Origin: a bacterium
GTDB taxonomy: Archaea > Thermoproteota > Bathyarchaeia > 40CM-2-53-6
Assembly: GCA_021323995.1 (NCBI GenBank)
Contig: JAJPJY010000091.1
Coordinates: 1-47,254 of the forward strand
Length of the DNA: 47,254 nucleotides
Reading direction: 5' to 3'
The notes under the pieces: generated by a model
What the model was told of the DNA's origin: nothing
What the model saw: the letters and a program-made list of their open reading frames with translations, nothing else
Databases searched by the model: none
Shown: positions 1 through 9,382 of the stretch, one piece after another
Numbering within the stretch: the first letter of the stretch is position 1
Layout: every line of letters begins with the position of its first letter
Translations under genes and position numbers: made by a program

Positions 1-1
1 C

Positions 2-130
2 GGCGCACACGAATTCCTCCCTGTTGACGTCTACGTCCCAGGATGCCCTCCCAGGCCAGAAGCGCTAGAGCACGGAATCATCATGCTTCAGGAAAAGATT
101 CGAAAATCGAAGGTGTACCCTGAGGGATGA
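2..130 (+). CDS. nuoB: NADH:quinone/F420H2 oxidoreductase subunit B, C-terminal fragment (partial at window edge)
   Basis: Manual translation [42 protein letters not shown] carries the [14 protein letters not shown] signature; its stop overlaps the nuoC ATG (ATGA). Confidence 0.93.
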   Translation, partial: GAHEFLPVDVYVPGCPPRPEALEHGIIMLQEKIRKSKVYPEG

Positions 131-609
131 GCCTCGCACACGAAAGGGAAGATAGTCTAGTCAAGACTCTCAAGGAAAGCTTCCCATCTGACATTAAAGA
201 GGCAACAGTTGTCCGACGTTCAAGGATTAACCTTGTAGTGGCACCGGACAAGATCGCCGATATCGCAGTCTTCCTACGAGACAAGCTCGGCTATGACCAT
301 CCTAGCGGCGTCTCAGCAGTCGACTACAACAGGGAAGGACGGTTCGAAATCGTATACCATCTGTCCTCGATCAAGACCCGAGACCAGCAGGATATCGTGA
401 TCAATCTGAAAGAATCCGTGCCGCGGAACAGTCCCAAAGCCGTCTCGCTCGTCAGTGTCTGGCCGGGAGTAGAGAACTACGAGAGAGAATCGATAGAGAT
501 GTTCGGCATACAGTTCGAAGGTCATCCACGGCCAGAGAAACTTTTCCTCAACGACAACTGGGACGGCCCCCCTCCAATGCGCAAAGAAGTCAGGTTCCCC
601 ACGGACTAA
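127..609 (+). CDS. nuoC: Complex I-like subunit C (NuoC/FpoC)
   Basis: SAVDY...FEIVYHL and [17 protein letters not shown]...PPMRKE motifs; operon position. Confidence 0.93.
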   Translation: MSLAHEREDSLVKTLKESFPSDIKEATVVRRSRINLVVAPDKIADIAVFLRDKLGYDHPSGVSAVDYNREGRFEIVYHLSSIKTRDQQDIVINLKESVPRNSPKAVSLVSVWPGVENYERESIEMFGIQFEGHPRPEKLFLNDNWDGPPPMRKEVRFPTD

Positions 610-614
610 GACCT

Positions 615-1760
615 ATGACAACAACTGAAAAGCCTGCAGACACAACTGGAATGCAGGCTATGAGCCCGACCGAGCCGGGGGCTCAAACGATGACGCTCAG
701 TGTAGGTCCGCAACATTCCGGCTCGGGACATATGAGGCTCATAGTCGAGCTGGACGGGGACATCATAGTCAGTGCCATGCCTGACCCGGGGTATGTTCAC
801 AGGGGCATCGAGAAGATCATAGAACTCCGAAACATCATCCGAAGCATTCCAGTGATCGAACGGCCCTCCATAATCGACGCTTCCAACTTGAATCATGCAT
901 GGGTAAAGGCCATCGAGGAGCTTCAGGGAGTTGAACCCCCGGCTCGCGGCCAATATCTCAGATGTTTGATCAACGAGATGAACAGGATAATGAGTCACCT
1001 CTACTGGCTCTCAATCTACGGAGTTTTCCTCGGCCACACAACAATGTTCATGTGGCCCCTAGGCGATAGAGAACTCTTCATCGATCTCGCCGAGAGCTTG
1101 ACCGGCGCCCGAATTACATACTCATACCTCGTCCCAGGAGGAGTGAGGCGAGACCTTCCGAAGGGCTTCGCCGAAGAGGCGATCAAGAGAACGAAATATT
1201 TTGAAAAACGCCTAGACGAATATGAGAACATATTCTTCAAGAATCCACTATTCACGTCACGAGCCAAAGGTATAGGCATACTCACCAGAGAGAGAGCTAT
1301 CGCCCTAGGCTCAACAGGCCCAACGCTGAGAGGCTCAGGGATAGACAGAGACCTCAGAAAAGACGAGCCCTATGCGGCCTACGGAGAACTAGACTTCAAA
1401 GTCCACACTCGTCCAGGCGGCGACTCGTACTCGCGCGCCATGGTTCACATGGACGAGATGCGCGAAAGCAGCCAGCTGATCCGGCAGATACTGGAGAAAC
1501 TGCCGTCGGGACCGGTTAGACGAAAAGCACCGATTGTCGTCCCGCGAGGCGAGACCTATGCTAGGGTCGAGTCCGCACGTGGAGAATGCAGCTTTTACAT
1601 GATCGGAGAAGGCGGCGACAAGCCCTACCGGGCCCGATACATTACCGGGTCCTATCGAAACCTAGCCGCCATTCCGGAAGTGTTGAAGGGAGTCCGCCTC
1701 GCTGACATGCCCACCTCATGGTGGAGCATAGACTACTGGCCCGTAGAGGCTGACAGGTAG
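615..1760 (+). CDS. nuoD: Complex I-like subunit D (NuoD/FpoD)
   Basis: VGPQH, GYVHRGIEK, ESARGE and C-terminal EADR; no NiFe-binding CxxC motifs. Confidence 0.93.
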   Translation: MTTTEKPADTTGMQAMSPTEPGAQTMTLSVGPQHSGSGHMRLIVELDGDIIVSAMPDPGYVHRGIEKIIELRNIIRSIPVIERPSIIDASNLNHAWVKAIEELQGVEPPARGQYLRCLINEMNRIMSHLYWLSIYGVFLGHTTMFMWPLGDRELFIDLAESLTGARITYSYLVPGGVRRDLPKGFAEEAIKRTKYFEKRLDEYENIFFKNPLFTSRAKGIGILTRERAIALGSTGPTLRGSGIDRDLRKDEPYAAYGELDFKVHTRPGGDSYSRAMVHMDEMRESSQLIRQILEKLPSGPVRRKAPIVVPRGETYARVESARGECSFYMIGEGGDKPYRARYITGSYRNLAAIPEVLKGVRLADMPTSWWSIDYWPVEADR

Positions 1761-1766
1761 AAAGTC

Positions 1767-2237
1767 ATGGCACCGATCGTAGGCAAGTTCAAAGCAGCTG
1801 TCAACAGCTGGGTGGCATACTCCGCGGGACTGAGGCACCTATTCCACAAGCCATACACGCTAAGATTCCCTGAGCAAAGATATGCAGTAGAAGCTGGCTT
1901 CCGAGGACGACATCTGCTGCATCTTGACCGATGCACTGGATGCGGGATCTGCGCCTGGATCTGTCCAGAAAAATGCATCACCATAGTACAGCGGGGCGAC
2001 CGGTGGTTCCCACAATACTTCTACGGAAGATGTTGCTTCTGCCACTTTTGCACCGACTACTGTCCAGAGTTTGCCTTGGAGGAGACGGTCGAATACGACA
2101 TCGCTGAATACACCAGAGAGCTGCTCGTATGGTCACCTGAAAGACTGGCTAAGCCGCCCGCAAAGAAAGACAACAAGTATGTCTTCAGCGTCAATGGTTC
2201 AAGAGGAGCGTCGCAAGTCCCGGAGCAGGGGCATTAA
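1767..2237 (+). CDS. nuoI: Complex I-like subunit I, 2x[4Fe-4S] (NuoI/FpoI)
   Basis: TLRFP...FRGRH followed by CTGCGICAWICP and CCFCHFCTDYCP. Confidence 0.92.
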   Translation: MAPIVGKFKAAVNSWVAYSAGLRHLFHKPYTLRFPEQRYAVEAGFRGRHLLHLDRCTGCGICAWICPEKCITIVQRGDRWFPQYFYGRCCFCHFCTDYCPEFALEETVEYDIAEYTRELLVWSPERLAKPPAKKDNKYVFSVNGSRGASQVPEQGH

Positions 2238-2242
2238 CCAGC

Positions 2243-3460
2243 ATGACTCAAACAGCCACTCCACCACAGACCCTGAAGCCTAGCGCTGAGGGCGAAGGGT
2301 GGAAGGCTCGCCCGATCAAGCTGAAGATCTTTGGAAATCTAATCGCCGAAGTTGTTCACAAAGGCATCTGCATGTACTGCGGTGCCTGCATAGCATCATG
2401 CCCCATCGACATCCTGTTCCACAGCGAAAACGAGGAACCGATCATGCGAGGCACATGCGCAGCCTGCCAAGTCTGCTACTACAGCTGCCCACGGATCGAA
2501 TTACCAGTCGCAGAGATCGAACGCCGAGTCTTCGGCAGAGAGCGAACAAGTGAAGAGACAATCCTCGGAATACACCTCGGATCATACTCAGTCCGCGCCA
2601 AGGACCCAGAAATTCTGAAAAACGCGCAAGACGGAGGCGCCGTCAGCGCCCTCATGCTGTACGCGTTGGACCAGAAGATCATAGACTACGCCCTCGTATC
2701 AGGATTCACATCCCTGCAACCCTGGAAACCCGGCCCAATGGTGGCCCGGACAAAACAAGAACTGGTGGAAAACGCGGGATCACAATACACACCCGGCGGG
2801 CAAGTCGGCGGACTAGCAGAGATCGCCGTTCCAAACCGGTCCGTAGTCGACTTCCAGGAGGAACGAATGGCACTAGTCGGACTTCCTTGCGAACTCCAAG
2901 GCTTTTGGAGAATGAACTCCCACTGGATAGCAGCTCCCAAAATCGGGCGAAATCTCGTTTTCACAATCGGACTATTCTGCTCGAAAGTCTTTGACTACCA
3001 GAAGATGATGGTCGACTATGTTCAAGGTGAAAGAGGCATCGATCTTAGGACTGTCACAAAGGTCAACATAAAGAAAAACCGGATGCTCATCTACACAGGT
3101 GACAGGCTGGCAATCGACGAACCCGTGGAGGTCATCGCGCACGCGGCCCGGGAAGAATGCAACATCTGTGTAGACTATTCAGCAGAACTTGCGGACATAG
3201 CTGTTGGAGCTATAGGGTCCGCTTCCGGATGGAGCACGGTCCTAACGCGTACTCCTCGAGGCGAGGATATCCTAAACGGCGCCGTAGACGCGGGCTACAT
3301 AGAGATGAAGCGGCTTGACCCACTCGGAAAGGGAATGAAATTTTTGGAGACTCTGTGCGAGAGAAAGCGACTCCGAGACCCATCAGCCTACATCCGACAC
3401 AACTCTGCCTTTCCAAGACCGGAGCCCAAACTCATGCCCCTCCAAGTGCCCACAAAATAG
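2243..3460 (+). CDS. Coenzyme F420 hydrogenase/dehydrogenase beta-subunit family protein (FpoF/FrhB-like) with N-terminal ferredoxin domain
   Basis: CMYCGACIASCP and CAACQVCYYSCP ferredoxin motifs, then AQDGGAVS, VGLPC, IGLFC, CNICVDYSAELADIAVG and GWSTVLTRT. Confidence 0.88.
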   Translation: MTQTATPPQTLKPSAEGEGWKARPIKLKIFGNLIAEVVHKGICMYCGACIASCPIDILFHSENEEPIMRGTCAACQVCYYSCPRIELPVAEIERRVFGRERTSEETILGIHLGSYSVRAKDPEILKNAQDGGAVSALMLYALDQKIIDYALVSGFTSLQPWKPGPMVARTKQELVENAGSQYTPGGQVGGLAEIAVPNRSVVDFQEERMALVGLPCELQGFWRMNSHWIAAPKIGRNLVFTIGLFCSKVFDYQKMMVDYVQGERGIDLRTVTKVNIKKNRMLIYTGDRLAIDEPVEVIAHAAREECNICVDYSAELADIAVGAIGSASGWSTVLTRTPRGEDILNGAVDAGYIEMKRLDPLGKGMKFLETLCERKRLRDPSAYIRHNSAFPRPEPKLMPLQVPTK

Positions 3461-3477
3461 TCTGTCCGATCGAAGTC

Positions 3478-4050
3478 TCACTGTACAGAGTCTTTCCGAG
3501 AAGCCCCGATTGTCTCGACCAGACTGGACAATGGATCGATCGTCCGTTGTCCATGCCGCCGACCAAACGCTCGCGGCGGAACGAGCATCTGTAAGAGATG
3601 TCTGAGTGAGTCTCTCGACTCGTTCTCAGAAGAGAGGGCCACTGATTCTTCGCGGGACTCTACCTCCGCGACTATCGGCTGCGGTGAGAGTCCTCCTTCG
3701 TGAGATGGGCTTCCAACGAAATGCTCAGCCATGAGGGCTTGGGGGGCTTCCAGTCCACAACTTGGACAAGATAACGTGACTATTTGCCGTCCAGCTGTCG
3801 ACATTGAAGCTTCAACGATTATGTCGGAGGATATTCTTTCGGACGTCGGATGTCTAGGGCGCAGTCTTTTCGATCTGACGTGTTGAGTCTTAGCTCGTCT
3901 CGAGGATCTCCTAGATTTTGAAGGGGTCGACCTGACATTGCGCAAGCGCTTTGGCTGCGGGGTTTTCCTTCCCGAGCGTTTTACGATCAGGAGGCTGCAG
4001 CTTGCCCCTGCCAATACACCGAACAAGAACTCGACTATGATTATGTCCAT
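3478..4050 (-). CDS. Hypothetical membrane-anchored protein with basic linker and possible zinc finger
   Basis: N-terminal hydrophobic helix, K/R-rich region, CPSC...H...H. Confidence 0.65.
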   Translation of the reverse strand: MDIIIVEFLFGVLAGASCSLLIVKRSGRKTPQPKRLRNVRSTPSKSRRSSRRAKTQHVRSKRLRPRHPTSERISSDIIVEASMSTAGRQIVTLSCPSCGLEAPQALMAEHFVGSPSHEGGLSPQPIVAEVESREESVALSSENESRDSLRHLLQMLVPPRAFGRRHGQRTIDPLSSLVETIGASRKDSVQ

Positions 4051-4062
4051 GGCGCCTTCTTC

Positions 4063-4200
4063 CTAGCTCAATGGGACGTCCAGGCAATTCTCTTGGGCGC
4101 ACTCATCACAGACGATCCTGCCGAAGGAGGTTTTATGGACATCGTCGAGGCTGAGTATTTCTCTGCCACAGTCGCTGCAGATAACCACGCACTGGCTCAT
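4063..4200 (-). CDS. Small zinc-finger protein (45 aa)
   Basis: MSQCVVICSDCG...IVCDEC with two CxxC; internal ATG at 4200 preferred over the longer ORF start. Confidence 0.6.
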   Translation of the reverse strand: MSQCVVICSDCGREILSLDDVHKTSFGRIVCDECAQENCLDVPLS

Positions 4201-4441
4201 TCGCCGAGACCCTTGATAATCATAGGAACTCACAATGATGATTCCCCGCTTGTTACCAATCCCGATGAATCGCGGTAACAGTTGTCTTAAATACCGTGGA
4301 AAACCGCGTGGCAAAACCCGCCTGACCCTTTCTAACTTACCGTTAGTGAGCTAGATGGTCTGGGAACCAAGACGGAATACGTTCTCATCGCTCTTCCAAA
4401 TATGGGGCGGTTCTACATTGCACTAGAACGAGAGAATAAGT

Positions 4442-4600
4442 TTGGATAAAGTAACGCACTCCACTTGTCCACGATGTGGCCAACAACAAATGAACGTTTA
4501 CTATTCAGATTCGACTGACAATCGAGTAGGTGCTTGGTGCGAAAATTGCAACATGAAAGGCTACTACCACGGCGACGAGCTCATTGCAATAAACTCGTGA
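4442..4600 (+). CDS. Small zinc-ribbon protein (52 aa, below the ORF-track cutoff)
   Basis: TTG start; MDKVTHSTCPRCGQQQMNVYYSDSTDNRVGAWCENCNMKGYYHGDELIAINS with two CxxC. Confidence 0.7.
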   Translation: MDKVTHSTCPRCGQQQMNVYYSDSTDNRVGAWCENCNMKGYYHGDELIAINS

Positions 4601-4620
4601 AAATTCGATGACCGCCGGAC

Positions 4621-4977
4621 TCATTCGGGCGGAGAAGCTCCTTCAGGAATGTTGACCGTCATCTCGCCCTCTACCAGTTTACGTTGAAGACGGGCTGTGA
4701 ACAGTTCAAGGTCCACCTCAAGATCCTCTAGTCGTTTCACTGACTCTGCTACAAGTGTAGGCTTGACGTTTTGGCCTCCGATCCGCCCGTACGCAACGGC
4801 TTCGAACGGTAACTTTTCGCCTTTGTAGACGGCATACCCTGTTAGGAAGTTTGCGACTCCTCCTCCCACGCCGCTCGCTTCGTCCATTGCGTCTACGAAC
4901 ACGTCCATCTCGTACTCCAGAGTCGCATCTTCGGCTCTTCTGAATGGATTGGTCGTTTTGCTCAATGTTCTATCCAT
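4621..4977 (-). CDS. Hypothetical protein
   Basis: Globular-looking ORF; the ATG at 4977 overlaps the stop of the upstream gene. Confidence 0.7.
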   Translation of the reverse strand: MDRTLSKTTNPFRRAEDATLEYEMDVFVDAMDEASGVGGGVANFLTGYAVYKGEKLPFEAVAYGRIGGQNVKPTLVAESVKRLEDLEVDLELFTARLQRKLVEGEMTVNIPEGASPPE

Positions 4978-5860
4978 AAGCCGGCATGTCGAGAGGGTGC
5001 CATTGTCGCTCAATCATCCCCTTGATCTTTTGCCTAGCAAACCATCCCGCCACAATGTCCGCAACCAAAAGGACCGCCAATGCATAGTCTGCCGGCGCGA
5101 AACCGCTGGAGAATCGAGCAAGCGCATAAGCAGCTAGACCGAGTGCCGCCACGGCCGCGCCGAGTATCGGAGCCCAGATTCTCCTCTTTGAGAGGAAGTA
5201 TGTGCCAGCACCAGTACCCACAGCCACTAGGACAAATATGGTCCTAACCGTGATCGCCATGCTAGATGGAACTCCTGGAGCATAGATTGCTAGAACAACC
5301 GCCCATATGGCAGAGGCTATCAGAAGAATGCTAGTTACGTTCAGAAGGTTGTAACGTGACGGTTCGATTACCGTTGCGGAAAGTGGTGGAGTGTATGAGA
5401 AGGGTTTGCCCAGTGCTTGGTACGCGTTTGTAGTGGTAATGTGAGGTTTGCCTGATTCGACGTCAACCGCCGAGTTGACGAATTTCTCGATAAGGATTAG
5501 TCTATGTTGCCCGATACTGTTTGCCGGTCCCGATTGCAAATTGTAATCAGGTCCAACCGTCAGTTCTACCTTGGTATCAGGGGTACATGAATGGGCTATT
5601 GTCATTCCGGGCCCTGTCTGGGTTAATGTCCAGTTGGACCCCTTGTCTCGCGTGCAAATTAGTGCGGCCCACTTTGTATCTGCCACTATTTTTGGCAGAC
5701 CGACCTCTGGCGCTAGGTCTGTCATCCCGTATCTCTTGTCCTCACAAAAGAGTTGATTGCAGGACCGACAACGCCACACATCCACCGCTCCCATTACGTA
5801 ACTGTCATGGATCAGGTTGACGACGCCATAATACACGACGTCGTGCTGATGTGCCTGCAA
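4970..5860 (-). CDS. Hypothetical protein with N-terminal Cys/His motif and about four C-terminal TM helices
   Basis: HQH...WRCRSC; hydrophobic C-terminal third. Confidence 0.75.
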   Translation of the reverse strand: MQAHQHDVVYYGVVNLIHDSYVMGAVDVWRCRSCNQLFCEDKRYGMTDLAPEVGLPKIVADTKWAALICTRDKGSNWTLTQTGPGMTIAHSCTPDTKVELTVGPDYNLQSGPANSIGQHRLILIEKFVNSAVDVESGKPHITTTNAYQALGKPFSYTPPLSATVIEPSRYNLLNVTSILLIASAIWAVVLAIYAPGVPSSMAITVRTIFVLVAVGTGAGTYFLSKRRIWAPILGAAVAALGLAAYALARFSSGFAPADYALAVLLVADIVAGWFARQKIKGMIERQWHPLDMPAYG

Positions 5861-5973
5861 GACGCTAATCTAGATCCGAAAGACGCGTTGGCCTAGAAAA
5901 GGCTTGGTGTCCACTGAATTATTATGGAAAGGAACTTTCTTCTACCCATTTAACGACCGGACTAGGGGCCAAC

Positions 5974-7335
5974 ATGCTCGAGATCAGGCTAATCCGAGAA
6001 TCTCCAGATCGAGTGAAAAAGAACCTCGAACACAGAGGCATGACCGAGAAGATTCAGGATGTAAATCTGCTCATTCAACTCGACGCAGAATGGAGAAAGG
6101 GATTGGCTGAAGTCGAACGCTATCGAAGACGGCGAAACGAAGTTACCCAAGCTATAGCCGAAGCACGAAAGAAGGGAAACGATTCTTCTCAGCTTATGAA
6201 AGAGGCCGAGACAATTCCAAGTCAGATTAAGAGTCTCGAAGAGAAAGTTGACAGCTACGCAAAGCAGGCAGAGCATATTCTTCTCAACCTTCCAAACATC
6301 GTGCACGAGTCCGTTCCAGTAGGCAAGGACGAGAATGACAACGTCGAGGTCAGAAAATGGGGAGCTATCCCAAACTTCCCATTCAAGACCTTGGACCACA
6401 TAGACCTAGGACTCAAACATGCCCTGATTGACGTCGAGAAAGCAGGCAAAGTCGCGGGAGCACGCTTCTACTATCTACAGAAAGATCTTGTTAGGCTGAA
6501 TTATGCAATCATCCAATACGGGCTCGATTTCATACTGAAGAAAAACTATGAGCTGTTCCAGCCCCCCTACCTATTGCATCGAGACGTCGTGGCGGGAGCA
6601 GTCGCATTGGCCGATTTCGAAGACGTGATCTACAAAGTTGAAGGAGAAGATCTATACCTGTTGGCCACTTCTGAACACGCCCTATTAGCATTCCACGCAG
6701 ACGAAATCTTGGACGGAGGGAAGCTTCCACTCCGATACGCGGGTATCAGCCCATGTTTCAGAAAGGAGGCCGGGGCCCATGGGAGAGACACGAAGGGTAT
6801 ATTTCGAGTCCACCAGTTCGAAAAGGTCGAGCAGTTCATTTACTCTCCGCCGGAAGAATCCTGGAACCTACACGAGGAGCTGCTTCGGAACTTGGAAGAG
6901 TTCTGGCAGAGCCTAAAGATACCATACCGGATCGTAAACGTATGCACCGGAGACCTGGGAACAGTAGCCGCGAAAAAATACGATCTCGAAGCCTGGCTCC
7001 CAGCCCAGGGAAAATACAGAGAAATGGCCTCCTGTAGTAACTGCACCAGCTACCAAGCAGTCAGGTCAAAGATTCGATACCGGGAGAAACCAAACGAACC
7101 AACAAAGTATCTACACACACTAAACAGTACATTAGTTGCAACCGAACGAGCGATCGTGGCAATTCTCGAAAACTTCCAGAGACCCGACGGTACCATCACC
7201 ATTCCTCACGTCCTGGGAAAGTATATCGGCGGACAAGAGATTATTCCAGAGCAACGACCAGAGGTCATCGTAAGGAATCCGTCACCTGAAACAACTCGGC
7301 CGGGAGCCGTCGGCCTAGAAAAATCCAAACGATAA
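5974..7335 (+). CDS. serS: Seryl-tRNA synthetase
   Basis: N-terminal coiled coil, LLATSEH, CFRKEAGAHGRDTKGIFRVHQFEKVEQF, SCSNCTSYQ, HTLNSTLVATER. Confidence 0.98.
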   Translation: MLEIRLIRESPDRVKKNLEHRGMTEKIQDVNLLIQLDAEWRKGLAEVERYRRRRNEVTQAIAEARKKGNDSSQLMKEAETIPSQIKSLEEKVDSYAKQAEHILLNLPNIVHESVPVGKDENDNVEVRKWGAIPNFPFKTLDHIDLGLKHALIDVEKAGKVAGARFYYLQKDLVRLNYAIIQYGLDFILKKNYELFQPPYLLHRDVVAGAVALADFEDVIYKVEGEDLYLLATSEHALLAFHADEILDGGKLPLRYAGISPCFRKEAGAHGRDTKGIFRVHQFEKVEQFIYSPPEESWNLHEELLRNLEEFWQSLKIPYRIVNVCTGDLGTVAAKKYDLEAWLPAQGKYREMASCSNCTSYQAVRSKIRYREKPNEPTKYLHTLNSTLVATERAIVAILENFQRPDGTITIPHVLGKYIGGQEIIPEQRPEVIVRNPSPETTRPGAVGLEKSKR

Positions 7336-8028
7336 ACCGATCAAGTACAATATCAAGGCTGCTGCCAAGCCGATCCCCAGCGTCTCTAGCCCCGTCTTCC
7401 AGAACTTTCTTCCCACCACATGGCCTCTCCAAGCTCCCACCGAAAATAGAAAGATTGGAGATAGGAGACTCGCGCCGATCAGCGAGTCTACCTTAGTCCG
7501 AAGCAGAAGGAACGGTCCAAGAGGGATAAGAGCGCCGGCTAGAAACGAGAGACCGATTACGACTCCCGCCTTAATCGGATTAGGTATCCTTGCACGATGA
7601 ACATGCAGCTCATGCATCAAAATGTCCTCGAGGAACTTGGCCTTGTTGGAGGCTATCTTTTCGACGACGCTACCAGCCTGGTCACGCGTTAGACCTTTAG
7701 CGATGTAGAACTCTCTCAACTCATTCTTCTCCTCCTCCGGCTCCTCTTCTATCTCCCCCGCCTCTCTCTTCGCATCTGCCTGATACAGCTCATACTCAGA
7801 ACGTCCCGCGATGATGCCCGCGAAGAACATGCTGATCGACCCGGCAAGCATCGAGGCAACGCCCGCGATCCTTATGATATCTAGGTTAGATGTCGCCGCC
7901 GCGAATCCACTGAGAAAGGCAAGATTCGTGACGAGACCATCAGACACTCCAAGCGAGGAGCTTCCTATGTAGGTCCTGGCTCGTATGTGCTTGTGAATCT
8001 CCCTTGGCAGCTGCTTCATCTCAGGCAC
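7315..8028 (-). CDS. VIT1/CCC1 family Fe/Mn transporter
   Basis: LGVSDGLVT, AGSISM and E-rich metal-binding region (EAGEIEEEPEEEKNEL); TM helices. Confidence 0.92.
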   Translation of the reverse strand: MPEMKQLPREIHKHIRARTYIGSSSLGVSDGLVTNLAFLSGFAAATSNLDIIRIAGVASMLAGSISMFFAGIIAGRSEYELYQADAKREAGEIEEEPEEEKNELREFYIAKGLTRDQAGSVVEKIASNKAKFLEDILMHELHVHRARIPNPIKAGVVIGLSFLAGALIPLGPFLLLRTKVDSLIGASLLSPIFLFSVGAWRGHVVGRKFWKTGLETLGIGLAAALILYLIGLSFGFF

Positions 8029-8152
8029 GGTCTTGGCTACACGCAGTGTGCACGTGGTTGTTATTCAGTCTGACCTGACAAGTGTAAGAAACTAAAGGGA
8101 AGCAAACGGAATCTTCGCCTAGGACCATTGGATTTCCTCTCCTTCTGAGTCA

Positions 8153-8172
8153 ACCAAAGGTAAATTCTGACT
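8153..8172 (+). repeat. Putative attL: ACCAAAGGTAAATTCTGACT
   Basis: 18/20 match to 23694-23713 (first 13 nt identical); marks the switch from housekeeping to accessory genes. Confidence 0.8.
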
Positions 8173-8319
8173 GAGGTTTTGACGGGAACTTATTGTTGGC
8201 ATGAAAAAGATGATCGCGGACCCGATTTATAGGTGAACCTCGAAGATTTCCCGAAAATGATACCTCGAAAGGACTAAACAGCTAAATAACCGGCGAGCTT
8301 AACAAACATCCATACCGTG

Positions 8320-8362
8320 CCCACCGCGAGGATAGTATTTAATTCGCAATATACGCGGTGGG
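8320..8362 (+). promoter_or_regulatory. GC-rich hairpin in the 5' leader of the NYN gene
   Basis: CCCACCGCG (8320-8328) and CGCGGTGGG (8354-8362) form a perfect 9-bp inverted repeat, downstream of a TATA-like TAAATA (8283-8288). Confidence 0.55.
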
Positions 8363-8386
8363 GTATCCTAACCCCAGTGAACAAGA

Positions 8387-8959
8387 GTGGCCAAGACTGC
8401 GATCCTTGTTGACAATGCGTACTTGGAAAAAGCCGCTATTCTCTACAATGCTTATCCAGTCGATATGACCAAGCTTCCCCAAGTAGTCCTCGCCAAGGAT
8501 GACGAGCACTTCAAGACATATGTCTTCGATGCCCTACCATACCTTCCAAAAGAAAACGCCACGCCAGATCAAAAGGAGAAGCATGCAAAGAAGTCGAGAT
8601 ACCTTGATGCTCTACAGTACAAGGAGCGGCTTACTGTCGAACAGGGACATGTCACAGGAAAGGGAAGGCAGTGTCCTAAGTGTGGAACGAAGACGCTAGT
8701 ACCGGTCCAGAAAGGAGTGGATGTTCGAATTGCAGTCAGGATGGGGTCCTTGGCGCGGGGTGGAATGGAAAAGATCGCTCTAATTGCCGGGGACGCAGAT
8801 TTGGTTCCTGCGGTCGAAGATGTGGGGGTGACAAATACGATAGTCAAACTCGTCTATGCAAGAGTGCATGAGGTAAACACGAGTCCTCGACTAATCATGG
8901 CATGTCCCGAGAAGCATCAATTGACCCCCCAGGATTTGCAGTTCCTGAAGCTAACATAG
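8387..8959 (+). CDS. NYN (LabA/DUF88, PIN-like) ribonuclease with CxxC insert
   Basis: AILVDNAY, QKGVDV and LIAGDADLVPAV motifs; CPKC insert. Confidence 0.9.
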   Translation: MAKTAILVDNAYLEKAAILYNAYPVDMTKLPQVVLAKDDEHFKTYVFDALPYLPKENATPDQKEKHAKKSRYLDALQYKERLTVEQGHVTGKGRQCPKCGTKTLVPVQKGVDVRIAVRMGSLARGGMEKIALIAGDADLVPAVEDVGVTNTIVKLVYARVHEVNTSPRLIMACPEKHQLTPQDLQFLKLT

Positions 8960-9007
8960 ATCGGGTACAGTCGATATTTCTCTAAGACGCGACAGCCCCT
9001 TCCTGTC

Positions 9008-9382
9008 TTGCCACCTGAGATTTGTGTGCAAGTCCTTCTCGACCGCGACAGACGGAGAAGACTTGAGCGATTTACCAAGATGCACGAAGTCGAAACCATT
9101 CTTAAGAATGCGGCCAAGAATCGCAATCTGATAGATCGTCGTGGACTCGAACAAGTCCTGTCCCATCTCGTGAACCAAGATGTGTGGGCAAGGCATGAGA
9201 AAGGAGAAACTCTCAAAGAAATAGCCGAAGACTATGGAGTCACATTTCAAGCGATTTGGTGGAGAGTTTGTAGATGGCAGGAGGCTCTCTATATCAAGGA
9301 ATATTCTGAGGAACCACCTCCGGAAAGCTTCTACGGACCAACCGAGAAAATGGTCCGGCGGATCAAGGACATGGGACCTTGA
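9008..9382 (+). CDS. Helix-turn-helix DNA-binding protein
   Basis: GETLKEIAEDYGVTFQAIWW HTH pattern. Confidence 0.7.
   Translation: MPPEICVQVLLDRDRRRRLERFTKMHEVETILKNAAKNRNLIDRRGLEQVLSHLVNQDVWARHEKGETLKEIAEDYGVTFQAIWWRVCRWQEALYIKEYSEEPPPESFYGPTEKMVRRIKDMGP

Noticed and set aside
615..1760. Group 4 [NiFe]-hydrogenase large subunit
   Set aside because: Both CxxC Ni-binding motifs are absent (ERPSII and DYWPVEADR occupy those positions), so it is NuoD-type
7315..7335. Convergent 21-nt overlap of serS and VIT1 as a regulatory feature
   Set aside because: Short tail-to-tail overlaps are common in compact archaeal genomes and nothing else supports a function
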